Origin: Candidatus Latescibacterota bacterium | GTDB taxonomy: Bacteria; Latescibacterota; UBA2968; UBA8231 | DNA length: 64,000 nucleotides | Assembly (NCBI GenBank): GCA_965217585.1 | Contig: OZ244561.1 | Coordinates: 3,872,001 to 3,936,000 of the forward strand | Direction of reading: 5' to 3' | Part shown: positions 45,890-56,300 of the stretch, piece after piece | How the letters are laid out: each line of letters begins with the position of its first letter | Position numbering within the stretch: position 1 is the first letter of the stretch | The notes under the pieces: model-generated | What the model was told of the DNA's origin: nothing | The model's input: only the letters and a program-made list of their open reading frames with translations | Databases searched by the model: none | Made by a program: the position numbers and the translations under genes

Positions 45890-46642
45890 TCACATCCACA
45901 ATCTGTAGAGCAAGGGGTCGCGGAACTGCCCATCTTCTTGGACGGCGTAGTGCAACCCCGGTCTCCGAGATCCACGTCCCTCGTCCAAGAGCGCGATGGA
46001 CTGCCCCTTGAGCACATAGTCCCCCACATCGACGAGCAGGTGAGCGTTGTATCCGTATTGGGTCAGCAGACCATTGCCGTGGTCGAGAATCACTACGTAG
46101 CCGAGGTCTTCTTCGTAGCCCGCTTGCATCACTTGACCCGCAGCACTAGCCCTTACCAAGCTGCCCGCGGCCGCAGCAATAACAACCGAGGGGTGCTCCT
46201 CGCTAAAGGGCCTATACACTGGCCCGCGCAACGGCCACAAGGTGGGGACGGTATGCACATGGCCCCAACACAGCCGCTGCATGGAGGAGATATAAGGGGA
46301 AGCGGCGCGGCGCTGCACCGCCGCCTCGTCTAAGGCCTCGGGCTTGCCTAAGATGGCGCGCAACTGATCGTTGCCGCGCTTGAGCCGGACCAGCATTTCT
46401 TCGAGCTGATCTATCTGGCCTACTTGCTCTTCGAGCAGGGCCTTGTCCTGCTCGAGCTGTGCCGCCTTCTGCGTTAGCTCGCGCCTGTCGAGATAGGAGC
46501 TAAGCCCCACGGGTATGAACACAAGCAAGGCGACGCAGCACAACCCCAACAACCACACGCGTGTGCCGGAGATCTTAAACTCAAAGGTCTTGCGACCCTT
46601 TTCCGGAATGATGATTACGGTAATGTTACTGCGCTTGAACAT
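45890..46642 (-). CDS. M23/LytM-domain protein with TM and coiled coil, probably catalytically degenerate
   Basis: PTLWPLRG, VRASAAGQV, GYVVILDHGNG, V.VGDYVLKGQSIA, LHYAV..DP; Zn ligands altered. Confidence 0.85.
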   Translation of the reverse strand: MFKRSNITVIIIPEKGRKTFEFKISGTRVWLLGLCCVALLVFIPVGLSSYLDRRELTQKAAQLEQDKALLEEQVGQIDQLEEMLVRLKRGNDQLRAILGKPEALDEAAVQRRAASPYISSMQRLCWGHVHTVPTLWPLRGPVYRPFSEEHPSVVIAAAAGSLVRASAAGQVMQAGYEEDLGYVVILDHGNGLLTQYGYNAHLLVDVGDYVLKGQSIALLDEGRGSRRPGLHYAVQEDGQFRDPLLYRLWM

Positions 46643-46860
46643 CTGTGTCTTCGCCCGCGACAAAACTTCGGCTATTTTTCCAAGTCAATATATCCTCGAC
46701 AACCATAAATAATAATAATACCAATAGTTCCTCCACGCGCTCCCATAAAGCCGAAGCGCGCCGGTCCGTTTTCGCTTGTAGGGTGAAGCAACCCTAAATT
46801 CAATATATTTTATATCCGACGCTTAAGCCGCGCTTTTCCCTTAAAAAAAACAGATCGCCC

Positions 46861-49170
46861 GTGTCGCCATTCCGCCTCTTGCCCTTAGCACTGTGCATGC
46901 TCGTGCCATTCAGCAGCCCCGTTCGTTCCGAGCGGCTAGTTATGACTTCGGCAGATATATGGGAAAACTGGGTGTATCCCGCCGGCGCCCTGCGCCTAGA
47001 CGAAGCAGGCTTGTTGCGGCCGGTGCGGGTCGGCAAAGACATTGATCCGCTCTCTGAGGCTGCTGTTCGTGGGGCCGGAGCGGCACAATCCACTGCTGCC
47101 CGCGCCTTTGACGGCGATCTCGCCACTAGCTGGAATCCACCGCCGGGCACGGCCCCAAAGGACTGGTGGCTCGAGATCGACTTGGGGCAGGTGTTTCCCG
47201 TCCAACAGATTCGCCTGCGCTTTGCCGACAGCGCGCCGCCCTTGCCCTTTTTTACCCTCTCACTCTCCAAGGGCGAGCGCTTTATCAACAGCGCCAACGT
47301 CGTCGTCGAAGGAACCCTAATCTACAGCCACAGCAGGCGCTTTGCCTTCAACGAGGAGCGCGACGTGACGATTGACCTCGACGACGAACTCGTTCAAAGT
47401 CTCCGCATCGAGGCCACTCGCGAAATGACCGGTGCGCCTGCGCTCGCCGAAATCCAAATCAAGGCCTTTGGCGACAATATCGCCTTTGACCTGATTGCCA
47501 AAGGCGGCAGCGCCGATGTCGAGGCTGCCGTCGTCGCCGTGGCTGGCGTTCCTTCCGTCATGTTCGACGGCGACCTCTCGACCATGTGGCGCGTCAACCC
47601 CCTTGCCAAAGGCTACAGCGGCAGCAGCGCGACCTTCGGCGATTACCGCATTGATCTAGGGGCGACCTACTGGATCGATGCGGTCTGGCTCTTGGGTGAG
47701 CCGCTGGGCATTCCGCCGCGGGTGCGGCATCACTACGCCAACTTCCTCTCCTATCAGATGCAGTACTCCGACGGCTCGCTGGCACCCGACGGCTCGCTGG
47801 CCTGGCAGGCGTTGGCCTCCATTCCCTTCGACCCCCGCAACCTCTTCGATGTACGCAACTTTCGCCACGATGTCCCCCTACTCGCCGCCCGCTACCTGCG
47901 TTTGATCTATCCCACTAGCCATGGTGGCAACATCATCGGCGGCGGCCGATCTGGCAGCGATCTCGCCAACACCGGTCGCTTGGATGGGCTGGGCCTAGTT
48001 AGCGAGTTCCAAGTGTACGGCGAGGGATATCCAGCCCGCGTCGTCCTGCGCTCGCCTGTTATCGACCTCGGCACCAATTGGAATATTACGGCGATCGAGT
48101 GGAAAATTGACGCGCCGCTCGGGGCCCAATTCGCCTTGCGCAGCCGCACCGGCGACCACGTCGTCGAGGAGATGCGCTATTTCGACAAAAACGGCAAAGA
48201 GATTACCAAAAGGCGCTACGAAAAGCTGATCGCCTCGTTCCGCGGCCCCATCGAAACCACGCTCCAACCCGGCGATGGCTGGAGCGTGTGGAGCGAGGAG
48301 TACATCCATACAGGCACCCGCTTCCGCTCGCCGTCGCCTCGACGCTACGTCCAGCTCGAAGCCGAACTGCGCGCCGACAACCCGCAGTCTGGCATTGCCC
48401 TCGACGCGCTTATGTTGATCTACTCCCGTCCTTTGGCGCGCACCGCCGTCGGCGAAGTCCACCCGACGCGAGTTGAGCCAGGAGAGCAAACCGACTTCAC
48501 GTACTTCCTCCGCCCAGAATTCGCCCGCGACAGCCAAGGCTTTGAGGCCATCGCCCTCGAAGCCTCGGTGCCTCTTGCGTTCCGCGCCCTGCAAATCGAC
48601 GGCGCGGCAATCAACGCCGAGGTGGAAAAGACGAATGCGGGCCTCCGCCTGCACTTGCCCAAGCGGATCGCAGCCGCCGAGCGCGTCGAGCTAGGTTTCG
48701 CCGCCACGGTCTTCCAAAACAATACCCGCTTCCGCGCCTTTCTAGAGCGCGAAAGCGGGCTTGACACGCTGCGTCAGCAGGTCGATCCAGGCGATGCAGT
48801 TCCTGATTTAGAGGGAGCAGGCGATGCGGTCTCACTGCCCGTGGACGGCAGCTTACTCACGCGCCTAGACCTAGGCGCGGGGATTTTTACCCCCAACGGC
48901 GACGGCGTCAACGACGCGCTCGCCATCTCTTTCGACGTGCTCAAGGTCCTAGACGCCCGCCCCATTGAAGCCCGCATCTACGACCTGCGCGGCCGGCTAG
49001 TCCGCACGCTGCGAGACGCCGCCGGCGTGGCAGGCCACTACCAGCTAACTTGGGACGGCCGCCGCGACTCCGGCGCGATGGCCCGGCCCGGCCTCTACCT
49101 CTTCCGCGTGCAGATCGCTGGCGACTCCGCCACCCACACCTTGGTCCGCAGCATCGGCCTGAGCTACTAA
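46861..49170 (+). CDS. Large secreted paralogue (discoidin-like domains, FTPNGDG/FlgD-Ig C-terminus)
   Basis: Signal peptide; FDGDLATSW..WWLEIDLG, IDLGATYWID, WSVWS, SPSPRRYVQ, IFTPNGDGVND, WDGRR..PGLYL, ends LSY. Confidence 0.8.
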   Translation: MSPFRLLPLALCMLVPFSSPVRSERLVMTSADIWENWVYPAGALRLDEAGLLRPVRVGKDIDPLSEAAVRGAGAAQSTAARAFDGDLATSWNPPPGTAPKDWWLEIDLGQVFPVQQIRLRFADSAPPLPFFTLSLSKGERFINSANVVVEGTLIYSHSRRFAFNEERDVTIDLDDELVQSLRIEATREMTGAPALAEIQIKAFGDNIAFDLIAKGGSADVEAAVVAVAGVPSVMFDGDLSTMWRVNPLAKGYSGSSATFGDYRIDLGATYWIDAVWLLGEPLGIPPRVRHHYANFLSYQMQYSDGSLAPDGSLAWQALASIPFDPRNLFDVRNFRHDVPLLAARYLRLIYPTSHGGNIIGGGRSGSDLANTGRLDGLGLVSEFQVYGEGYPARVVLRSPVIDLGTNWNITAIEWKIDAPLGAQFALRSRTGDHVVEEMRYFDKNGKEITKRRYEKLIASFRGPIETTLQPGDGWSVWSEEYIHTGTRFRSPSPRRYVQLEAELRADNPQSGIALDALMLIYSRPLARTAVGEVHPTRVEPGEQTDFTYFLRPEFARDSQGFEAIALEASVPLAFRALQIDGAAINAEVEKTNAGLRLHLPKRIAAAERVELGFAATVFQNNTRFRAFLERESGLDTLRQQVDPGDAVPDLEGAGDAVSLPVDGSLLTRLDLGAGIFTPNGDGVNDALAISFDVLKVLDARPIEARIYDLRGRLVRTLRDAAGVAGHYQLTWDGRRDSGAMARPGLYLFRVQIAGDSATHTLVRSIGLSY

Positions 49171-49727
49171 ATGCCTAGCTGGCGCATCAGCGCCCCGTGC
49201 GAGCCACCATGTAGTTCGGGCCGCATATAGACCTTGCGCACGTAGTCGAGCCCGCCGGACAAATGCTCGAATTGCTCCTCTAAGGCACCAAAGAGCCGCG
49301 CTTGCGACACGGAACCGAGCTGCGCCAGTTCGGCTGCTGCCCCATAAGCCCTTCTTCCCTGCTCCAAGTAGTAGCCACCAAGTCCCTGCCGCTCGACCCA
49401 TGTGCGGAAAAGCCCGCTGGTAAAAAGCGCGTAGTCGCCCACGTGCCGGCGGATATCCATCTCGCGGTCGAAGGACCAACGCCGCTCTGGTTGCCGCTGA
49501 CGCCCGAGTTCCACCAGCATCTCGGCGATGGTTTCAAGTGGTTGGCCACGCAAATCGCGGATGCGGTAGAGCTGATCGGTCCGGGCAAAGCTCGTTAGCA
49601 AATCAACGACGTATTCGACCACTTCGCGGTCGGCAATGCCCAACGAAGTAAACCCGGGGAAGACTAGGCGCTGGAAGAAAGATCGCAGCCCGGACGGAGA
49701 GATCGGCTTTGTGATGCGAGGCGGCAT
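49167..49727 (-). CDS. Hypothetical helical protein
   Basis: Clean 186-aa ORF with globular composition (YVVDLLTSF, RHVGDYALFTSG, YYLEQGRRAY). Confidence 0.7.
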   Translation of the reverse strand: MPPRITKPISPSGLRSFFQRLVFPGFTSLGIADREVVEYVVDLLTSFARTDQLYRIRDLRGQPLETIAEMLVELGRQRQPERRWSFDREMDIRRHVGDYALFTSGLFRTWVERQGLGGYYLEQGRRAYGAAAELAQLGSVSQARLFGALEEQFEHLSGGLDYVRKVYMRPELHGGSHGALMRQLGI

Positions 49728-49760
49728 ATCGTATTAAAGACGTTCAGTTCAGAATGTACT

Positions 49761-50290
49761 TTAGAAGGTTGTATTGGTCATAAGGTAAGCAAAGGTCATA
49801 TCCCCGTTCCAGTCCTCAATCGAATCCTTGTAACGAGTAACGCTGGTCATGCTGTCGTCGGCTATCACTCGCGAAAGTCCGGCGACTACGGCAAAGCCGG
49901 GACGGTATTTGTAGGTAAGCGTCAAATCGACTTCCTCGCCCAAATGGCTCGATTCCAAGTCCCCCTTTTGCGCTGTGAGGAAAGAGTGCCCGTGGATTCC
50001 AAGGGATGCCTGGTCACTCAACGGCAACGCCGCCTTGAAGGCCAAGTCCTGCAGCCCCAGCCCTCCAGTGTGGACCAGGATATTGAGAAACGGTAGGAGA
50101 ACGCCATCTTTTTGCCCGCTAGACGCACGCCCATAGTGACCTGATCGGTGTCCTTGGCTCCGTCCTTGTTGTAGAGCGCGTAGAGGTCCAAGCTGCCGGA
50201 CGGCAGTTGGTCTAAGGTCGCGTACGCACCCGTCAAATAGGCGTCGTCGGAAAACTGCGTCGAATCCGCCTCGGTCACTTGAATCGCCGG
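49761..50290 (-). pseudogene. Fragment of an alginate-export-family outer-membrane beta-barrel
   Basis: Two frames joined near 50090: DAYLTGAYA..LDLYALY..TMGVRL..YRF then FLNI..GLQDL..LGEEVDLTLTYKY..FAYLMTNTTF; no signal peptide or N-terminus. Confidence 0.65.
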
Positions 50291-50427
50291 CGGAATAGAT
50301 TGCAAGACGCACGGCGTTCCCCCAACGTAAAGGTGGCATAGATACGGATAAGTTAAACCGCGAATCTCGATCAAGCTACTTGCTTTTTATGGGTGGTTGC
50401 GTCTAGATAATGCAGCGCACCCAGCGC

Positions 50428-50745
50428 TTAGCGCAGCAGCCGTTCGCTAAACAGCGTCCGCGCTAGAGCGCGCACGTCCCGCTCACCAGCCAAATGGGTC
50501 TGCCCCACCGACACCAGCACCACCTCGACCTCCCCAAGCCCTACCCGATAGACGATGCGGAACCAGCCGCCCGGCGGACGCAGGCAGCGATAATCCCTTA
50601 ACTCGCCGACCAAGGGCCAGCCCTGTTCCTCGGGGTCAATTGCCAGCCCGGTGATGTATTGGTCCACTTGCTCGGCGATCCGCCGGTTGAGCAAACCTTG
50701 CCGCGACTCTAAGGCGCGCTGCGCCAAGACGACGCGAAACATCAT
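50428..50745 (-). CDS. RelE/ParE-family type II toxin
   Basis: FRVVLAQRA, LAIDPEEQGWPLVGELRDYRCLR..FRIVYRV..VLVSVG; ATGA overlap with antitoxin. Confidence 0.85.
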   Translation of the reverse strand: MMFRVVLAQRALESRQGLLNRRIAEQVDQYITGLAIDPEEQGWPLVGELRDYRCLRPPGGWFRIVYRVGLGEVEVVLVSVGQTHLAGERDVRALARTLFSERLLR

Positions 50746-50999
50746 TGCGCCTCCCAAACAGCGCGCTCGCCCGCCTCAATCTGGCGGATGCCTTCGCGCA
50801 GCGCGGCACATTGGGCCTCGTCGCCGAGCACCTCTAAGGTTTCGACAATGCCCTGGTAAAGCGACCACGGCATCAGCGCGAGTATCGGCTGGCCGCGGCG
50901 CGTTACAGCGAGGGCACTCGCTTCGGGTTCGGCGGCGAAGCGATCAGGCAATTGATTCAGGACTTTGCGGGCTTCGGCGATGGGCATGGATTGGAGCAT
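50742..50999 (-). CDS. Phd/YefM-family antitoxin
   Basis: MPIAEARKVL, AVTRRGQPILALM, ETLEVLGD..LREGIRQIEAG; GAGG SD. Confidence 0.9.
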   Translation of the reverse strand: MLQSMPIAEARKVLNQLPDRFAAEPEASALAVTRRGQPILALMPWSLYQGIVETLEVLGDEAQCAALREGIRQIEAGERAVWEAQ

Positions 51000-51011
51000 A
51001 TTTCCTCTCTT

Positions 51012-51039
51012 GTACCGTATAGGGTACTAAATTGAGTAC
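51012..51039. promoter_or_regulatory. TA operator: three GTAC cores at 12-bp spacing
   Basis: GTAC at 51012, 51024 and 51036 just upstream of the antitoxin; YefM-type operators use TGTACA cores 12 bp apart. Confidence 0.7.
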
Positions 51040-51172
51040 TCTTGGCGACGGTCTGGTTGGCCCATAATTGTAGAATTTCTCCGTGAATCTGCAAGAGCGT
51101 GGAAATTGCCAATGAATAACCTATTGATAATACTCTGCATATGAGAATCTTGAAAAAGGCACGCAATTGTGC

Positions 51173-51200
51173 GTACATTTAACGGTACTAAAAAGCGTAC
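51173..51200. promoter_or_regulatory. Second array of three GTAC cores at 12-bp spacing
   Basis: GTAC at 51173, 51185 and 51197; shares GGTACTAAA with the first array. Confidence 0.55.
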
Positions 51201-51343
51201 TTTAATGCAAAGCTAAATTTTCAATCAGACGCGACGGGATTCCGGCTGCGATCTGCTGCGATGTGGGCCGCTTTTTTGGCTGCAATAATAGTGCGTTTAC
51301 TTCCCCGTTGGCATTCCCTTTTCCCGCGCTTATATTTCCGCGC

Positions 51344-52207
51344 ATGTCCGACGGCGAATTCATCCGGCCCTTTCCCGCGCTCACCTCCGCCCAGCGCTAT
51401 CACCTCGAAGTCTATGGCTATGTGGTGATTGAAAACGCGCTCGAGCAAGACCTGACGGATCGCCTGCTAGAGGCCATGCTCCGGCTCAAAAGCGATCTCC
51501 TGTCCTCCACGGATCCAGCTAAAGCCCGCGTCCGCAATTGCCGTCTCGCCGCCTATCGGCCTCACTACCTGCACTTTGCTCATATCCTCGAAGCCGATCC
51601 TGCGATCTTCGAATACCTGACTCATCCTCGCTTGGTCGGCATGGCCGAGGAGCTAGTTGGCGGCAGCGTGCGCCTCGAAGAATCCGAGGCCGTCGTCAAC
51701 GAGCGAGACCCGGAAATCGACCTCGCTGCCGCGCCGCGCTACGGCTTCCACACCGGCACCACCCCAGACGTGGGCACGTACGTCGAAAACGGCCTCTACC
51801 ACTGCACCTTTGTCAAAACCCTGACCAACCTCACGGAGCTAGGCCCAGACGACGGCGGCACCGTGGTCATCGCCGGCAGCCACAAGGTCAAAAGCGACCG
51901 CGAGCCCATCATCGCGGCGGCTTACGAGGATCCCACGCTGATCCACCAAGTGATCGCGCCCGCCGGATCAACCCTGCTCTTTGGCGAAGCTCTGATCCAC
52001 GCCACCGGCCAGATCCGCTCCGACCGCGAGCGCGTCATCGTCATCGGTGGCTATACCCCGCCGATGTTCCAAGCTTGGAACGGCCAAGAGCCGAGCGCTG
52101 AATTCATCGCCCAAACGCCCGAACCCCTCAAGCCGCTCCTTTCCGGCAGCGACAAGTGGAGCTGGCAGCAGCGCCGTCGCCGCCTCGACATGCCGGTCGC
52201 CTCGTGA
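51344..52207 (+). CDS. PhyH-family Fe(II)/2OG oxygenase with HxG motif
   Basis: LEVYGYVVIENAL, LTHPRL, GFHTG, DGGTVVIAGSHK, AGSTLLFGEALIHATG..R; promoter TTGGCA-17-TATATT 7 nt before ATG. Confidence 0.85.
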   Translation: MSDGEFIRPFPALTSAQRYHLEVYGYVVIENALEQDLTDRLLEAMLRLKSDLLSSTDPAKARVRNCRLAAYRPHYLHFAHILEADPAIFEYLTHPRLVGMAEELVGGSVRLEESEAVVNERDPEIDLAAAPRYGFHTGTTPDVGTYVENGLYHCTFVKTLTNLTELGPDDGGTVVIAGSHKVKSDREPIIAAAYEDPTLIHQVIAPAGSTLLFGEALIHATGQIRSDRERVIVIGGYTPPMFQAWNGQEPSAEFIAQTPEPLKPLLSGSDKWSWQQRRRRLDMPVAS

Positions 52208-52458
52208 GTCTTTGCTGGCCGTGACCCAACTCGCCTTTGGGTTAGCCAAAATTGGTCGGTAAAAGGGAACAACGCCAAGACAATATCGCCGAAACTAAAT
52301 TATCCCAGACTCGACTAACGCTGGCCTTAGCAGTAGAAAAATCTGAGCGGGAGAGCGTCTCTCCCATCTTCCCAGCGGCACCATCGGACCGCGTGGGTTT
52401 TAGCTGCTAAGTGCGCTTGAATTCCAACTTTACTTGGACCCCGTCTCGCCGTGGGGCA

Positions 52459-53358
52459 TCAGCGAGCATCAACAGGCTTTGCGCCGCCTTCGGAATTGCC
52501 CTGCTCCAAGACCTGCGAGCTGACAAGCTCGATAATCTGCGGCAGTGTCATAGCGCCAATACGTCGGGCCTCGCGCAACAAGAGTAGCGCGGCGACGGTC
52601 GCATCCGCGCTCGCCGCAACCCGTTGCAAGTTCTCCCGGATGGTTCGAGGCAGGGTATCCCCAATGGCTTCCAGAAGATCGGACTCGATTCGTTGTTCAA
52701 GGACGCGCTCTCGTTCGTTTTCGTCGGCTTCGGACAGGACTCTGCGCCATTCCTCGAGATGCTTTGAGCGGATTTCCAGCAGGTCAAGCCCTGGATTGCC
52801 CAACCGAGCGGCACACTCCTCAACTATCGGATCGAACCGATGAGCTTCCCAGACTAGATCAATGCGCCCCCTGAGGTCGGCGACGAGCCTTGGGCCATCC
52901 TCCGGGTCGTCGAGTAGGTCGCAGGCTTCAATTGCGCCATTGAGTGCCTCTTGAAGTCTGCCGGCAAGATAGATGCAGCAATCGCAGTAGTGAGCGGCAC
53001 TGTCTGGCGAGCCTCGCCCGCACGCCTCCTTGAACCAACGATGAACAAAGGCATACGTTTTCTGATCCCGTTTCTTGCTAATGTCTAAGTTGTGAGCCAC
53101 GTAGGTTCGCAAAGTGGACATTTCGTTGCGGAGTGAACTATTGGCCTTTAGCGGCGGCAACTTCGTGAGAAACGCGAGCGTGATCTTTGCCGCTTCGTTG
53201 ACAAGCGCATATCCCCAGATGACTAAGCGATAGAATGCCAGTTCGTCGCTAAAATCGGATGGCAACGGCAGCGAGATTTCGGCACAACCGTTTGGCGAGT
53301 GGATGGAGACGCGAGTGCGGAGTGTTTGGTACAGGTTGCTGAGTTCAATCGGAGTCAT
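52459..53358 (-). CDS. Hypothetical protein with HEPN-like RxxxxH motif, putative defence effector
   Basis: Helical 299-aa ORF; LRTYVAHN (53092-53109); ATGA overlap with the upstream NTPase gene. Confidence 0.7.
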   Translation of the reverse strand: MTPIELSNLYQTLRTRVSIHSPNGCAEISLPLPSDFSDELAFYRLVIWGYALVNEAAKITLAFLTKLPPLKANSSLRNEMSTLRTYVAHNLDISKKRDQKTYAFVHRWFKEACGRGSPDSAAHYCDCCIYLAGRLQEALNGAIEACDLLDDPEDGPRLVADLRGRIDLVWEAHRFDPIVEECAARLGNPGLDLLEIRSKHLEEWRRVLSEADENERERVLEQRIESDLLEAIGDTLPRTIRENLQRVAASADATVAALLLLREARRIGAMTLPQIIELVSSQVLEQGNSEGGAKPVDAR

Positions 53359-56300
53359 CGTCTCCGCCCCAAGCGTGAGAGCGGATCGGCAATGGGGCCA
53401 ATGTAGTTAAATGCAATGCCAAAGTTTCGCAGTTCGCGACCATGGGCGAAATCGTCGTTTGGGAAATCGCGCGCTAGCACCCTGATTGGCCTTTCGATAC
53501 CCTCTACTCGAATCCAGTCAGTTTCACCCCTTTTCTCGACGCGTCCCCGGAATTGACGCGTGGAACCGCTCTCATCCTTCGCCACGAGCCACCGTACCAC
53601 CCGTGATCGATCCTCATATTCGGTGTCGTGTGACAGCGACCGCCAGAGTTCGATGGCACGGTTCGTGTCTTTGAGTAGCCAGCACAGCACCGCTTCAAGG
53701 AACCGTTCCCGGTTGCGTGCGTCATCACCGGCCTGCTCATTGAGGGCACTCACGATCGCACGAAGCTCCAAAATTTGGCCGGTGTCCACAGGTGTGCGGC
53801 CATGCTGATTGAACATCAGGCGATCTCCTGTCGCTTGCGTCCAGCGCAATCTGAGCAAAAGCCGTTGGCAGCGGTCGTCCAGTGCTATTCCTGTATTGAC
53901 CCGATTAGATATGTAGTCCGCCGCTTCCGCTGCGATTCTGCGAGTCTTGTCGTCGAAGGGCGGCTCGCTCATATAGACATGCTCCGCTCGACGCTTTGCG
54001 ATAAGGAAGGTTGCTGCCGCAGGAGCGACGCTTTCCAACTTGGCAAGCGTCTCGTCACTCAGCTTCGCATCGCCCATAACGTATGCGGCGCGGCTTCGAC
54101 TCTCAAGATATCTCGTTTTTTGATCTATGGAGACCAAATCTTCGTCCAGATCACTGTCTTTGTGCAAATAGCTCGACGTCTCGGTACTCTGTTCCTTCAC
54201 CCTAAAAATATCATCTGCAACGTCGACAGTTGCGTATAGGTCGGCTAATAGTTCCGCACATTGCACATCTGACAGTTCGTCCTTTTTTGAGTTGAGAACA
54301 TCGCGTCCCGTCCATAGGGCGATATCAATTGGGTAGTAGTCTCTGCCAAGCCCAATGGCTTTCTCACTTGCCACCCTGGCGGCGAGATAATCTGACCAAA
54401 AGGCTTCTCCTGTGCCGACCCGCGCGCGCTCGACGGCAAGATATCCGTATATCGCCGCACGTTCCGCAACAAGGCTTTGTTTTGTCTTTCTGGATACTGG
54501 AATTTTCTCGTCGTCAATTTGATGTAGTGTTTTTTCGACCGTATCGCGAGCCTCATCCAGGATTGCAAATCTTTCGTCGTCGGTCCTATTTGTATCACAA
54601 TCACTTTGCAACTGGAAGACTGCCCGTCGACGAAACACACACTCGCGCAAAACGAGGTCTGGGTCGGACATTCTATTGTGCTCCCGTAACTCTTTTAGTG
54701 TGTCGGCAAACCGCAGATAACCAGAGCGGTACGCCTCTTTACGCGGCCCGTTCCGATCAATTTTGAACAGCAGGTCAAGCAGGAACGAACGTTCGGCGCT
54801 TTTATCTACTCCAGGTCTGACACAGCTAATAAGATCGAGGAGTCGCTCGATTTCCTGACCTGGAGTAAGCCTTCCTCTGCATATGAGCTCTGCCTCAAGC
54901 TGTATGCGTGGCGAAATCAGGAAATCCGATCCTTCTTCATCCTCTCGCCAGCGGAACAGATCAAGATCGGCAAGGAGATAGGTGATTTGATCCAAATGCA
55001 GTCCACCTGTCTGGCCAAGCACTCGAAAAAGAAGATTAACGGGCACTGCACAATTCAGTCGGCCGGCCACCATGACGTAGTCAATTAGCCGGCCCGACTC
55101 ATCCAAGCCCAAAGCCGCGAGTTTTTCATCCTCCTCGAATATCTGCGAGGAGGGACTGGCAATGCCTAAATCAATTAACTGCTCCGCTAGGGGAGAGATC
55201 CCAGTAGATGGTTGCGGTACATCCCGTGCCCGATCCCGCACCACACCTTCGGTAGCTCTCGCTTCCGATGACACGCCTGTGGCAAGGCGCTCGCGTGAGG
55301 CAGGCAAACTGCGGTACAGCATGGCGAAGATCGAGTCAGTATTAGGCAGGCTATAGTGTAGCTGGAGACGGAATTCGTTCTGTAGCTCCTTGAACGCAGA
55401 CAACTCTGCCGGCGAAACGTGGTCAGGGGCCTCGACGAACCGATCCGACTTGCGAGCAGTACGGCTCTCCATTCGATAGCAAGTGCCGACTATGAGCAAG
55501 TGCCGACCCCGACTTCGCAACGCGGAGGCTACATCGTCGTAGCGGGGCGGGGCCTGGCTGGAGTCACAGATTAAGACTGTTGCCATCGCCCCCAAACGCT
55601 CAGACTCTAGACAGAACGCTTCGATGTCTGCATGATTTGGTATTCGGTTTGTTGCAACGACAACAGGCAAACGCAATTCACGACGTATCTTTCGAGTTAA
55701 CCGTGCAAGTGCAATGCTTTTTCCGGTGCCCGACTGCCCATGTAGGATAACCACATCGTCGGAGTCGGCTTGCCCAAGCCGTTTTAGTTTGTTTTTTACC
55801 GTCTTCCAAAGGGTCTGCTCGAATTCGCGTTCCACTGCAAATCCGCGTGCCACACCCTCTATCAGCAATCTGAAGTTACCAAGCGTACCGTGGAATCGGC
55901 GGAATGCATCGTCTAATTCGGATTCGCCTAATGACTCGGGATCTTCTGTCCATCCATCGTCAACAATAGCCGCAGACGCCTCCACTCGCAGACGCAGGGC
56001 CGGAGTGATGTCCAGTGCCCTTTCCCCGGAGATCGACACCATGCCCGGCTCGTCCGGGGCAGCGGACCCTGAAACATCAAGCACACCGCGGAGTTCAAGT
56101 TGGCTTATTGCGCTTGCAAGGGTCGTTGTGGTTTCAATGAGTGCGCCTTGCTCAATCATCTCGTCGGCGAAGATCGAGTCCGGCTTGCCCGAGGAGCCAA
56201 ACCATAAAACCTTGGGGCCGAATTGGCCGGATAGAGGTGCCAATAGCGAGTCTATCGGCATCCAATCCTTGCTTGAATCGTAGCCTGCTATGACCACCAA

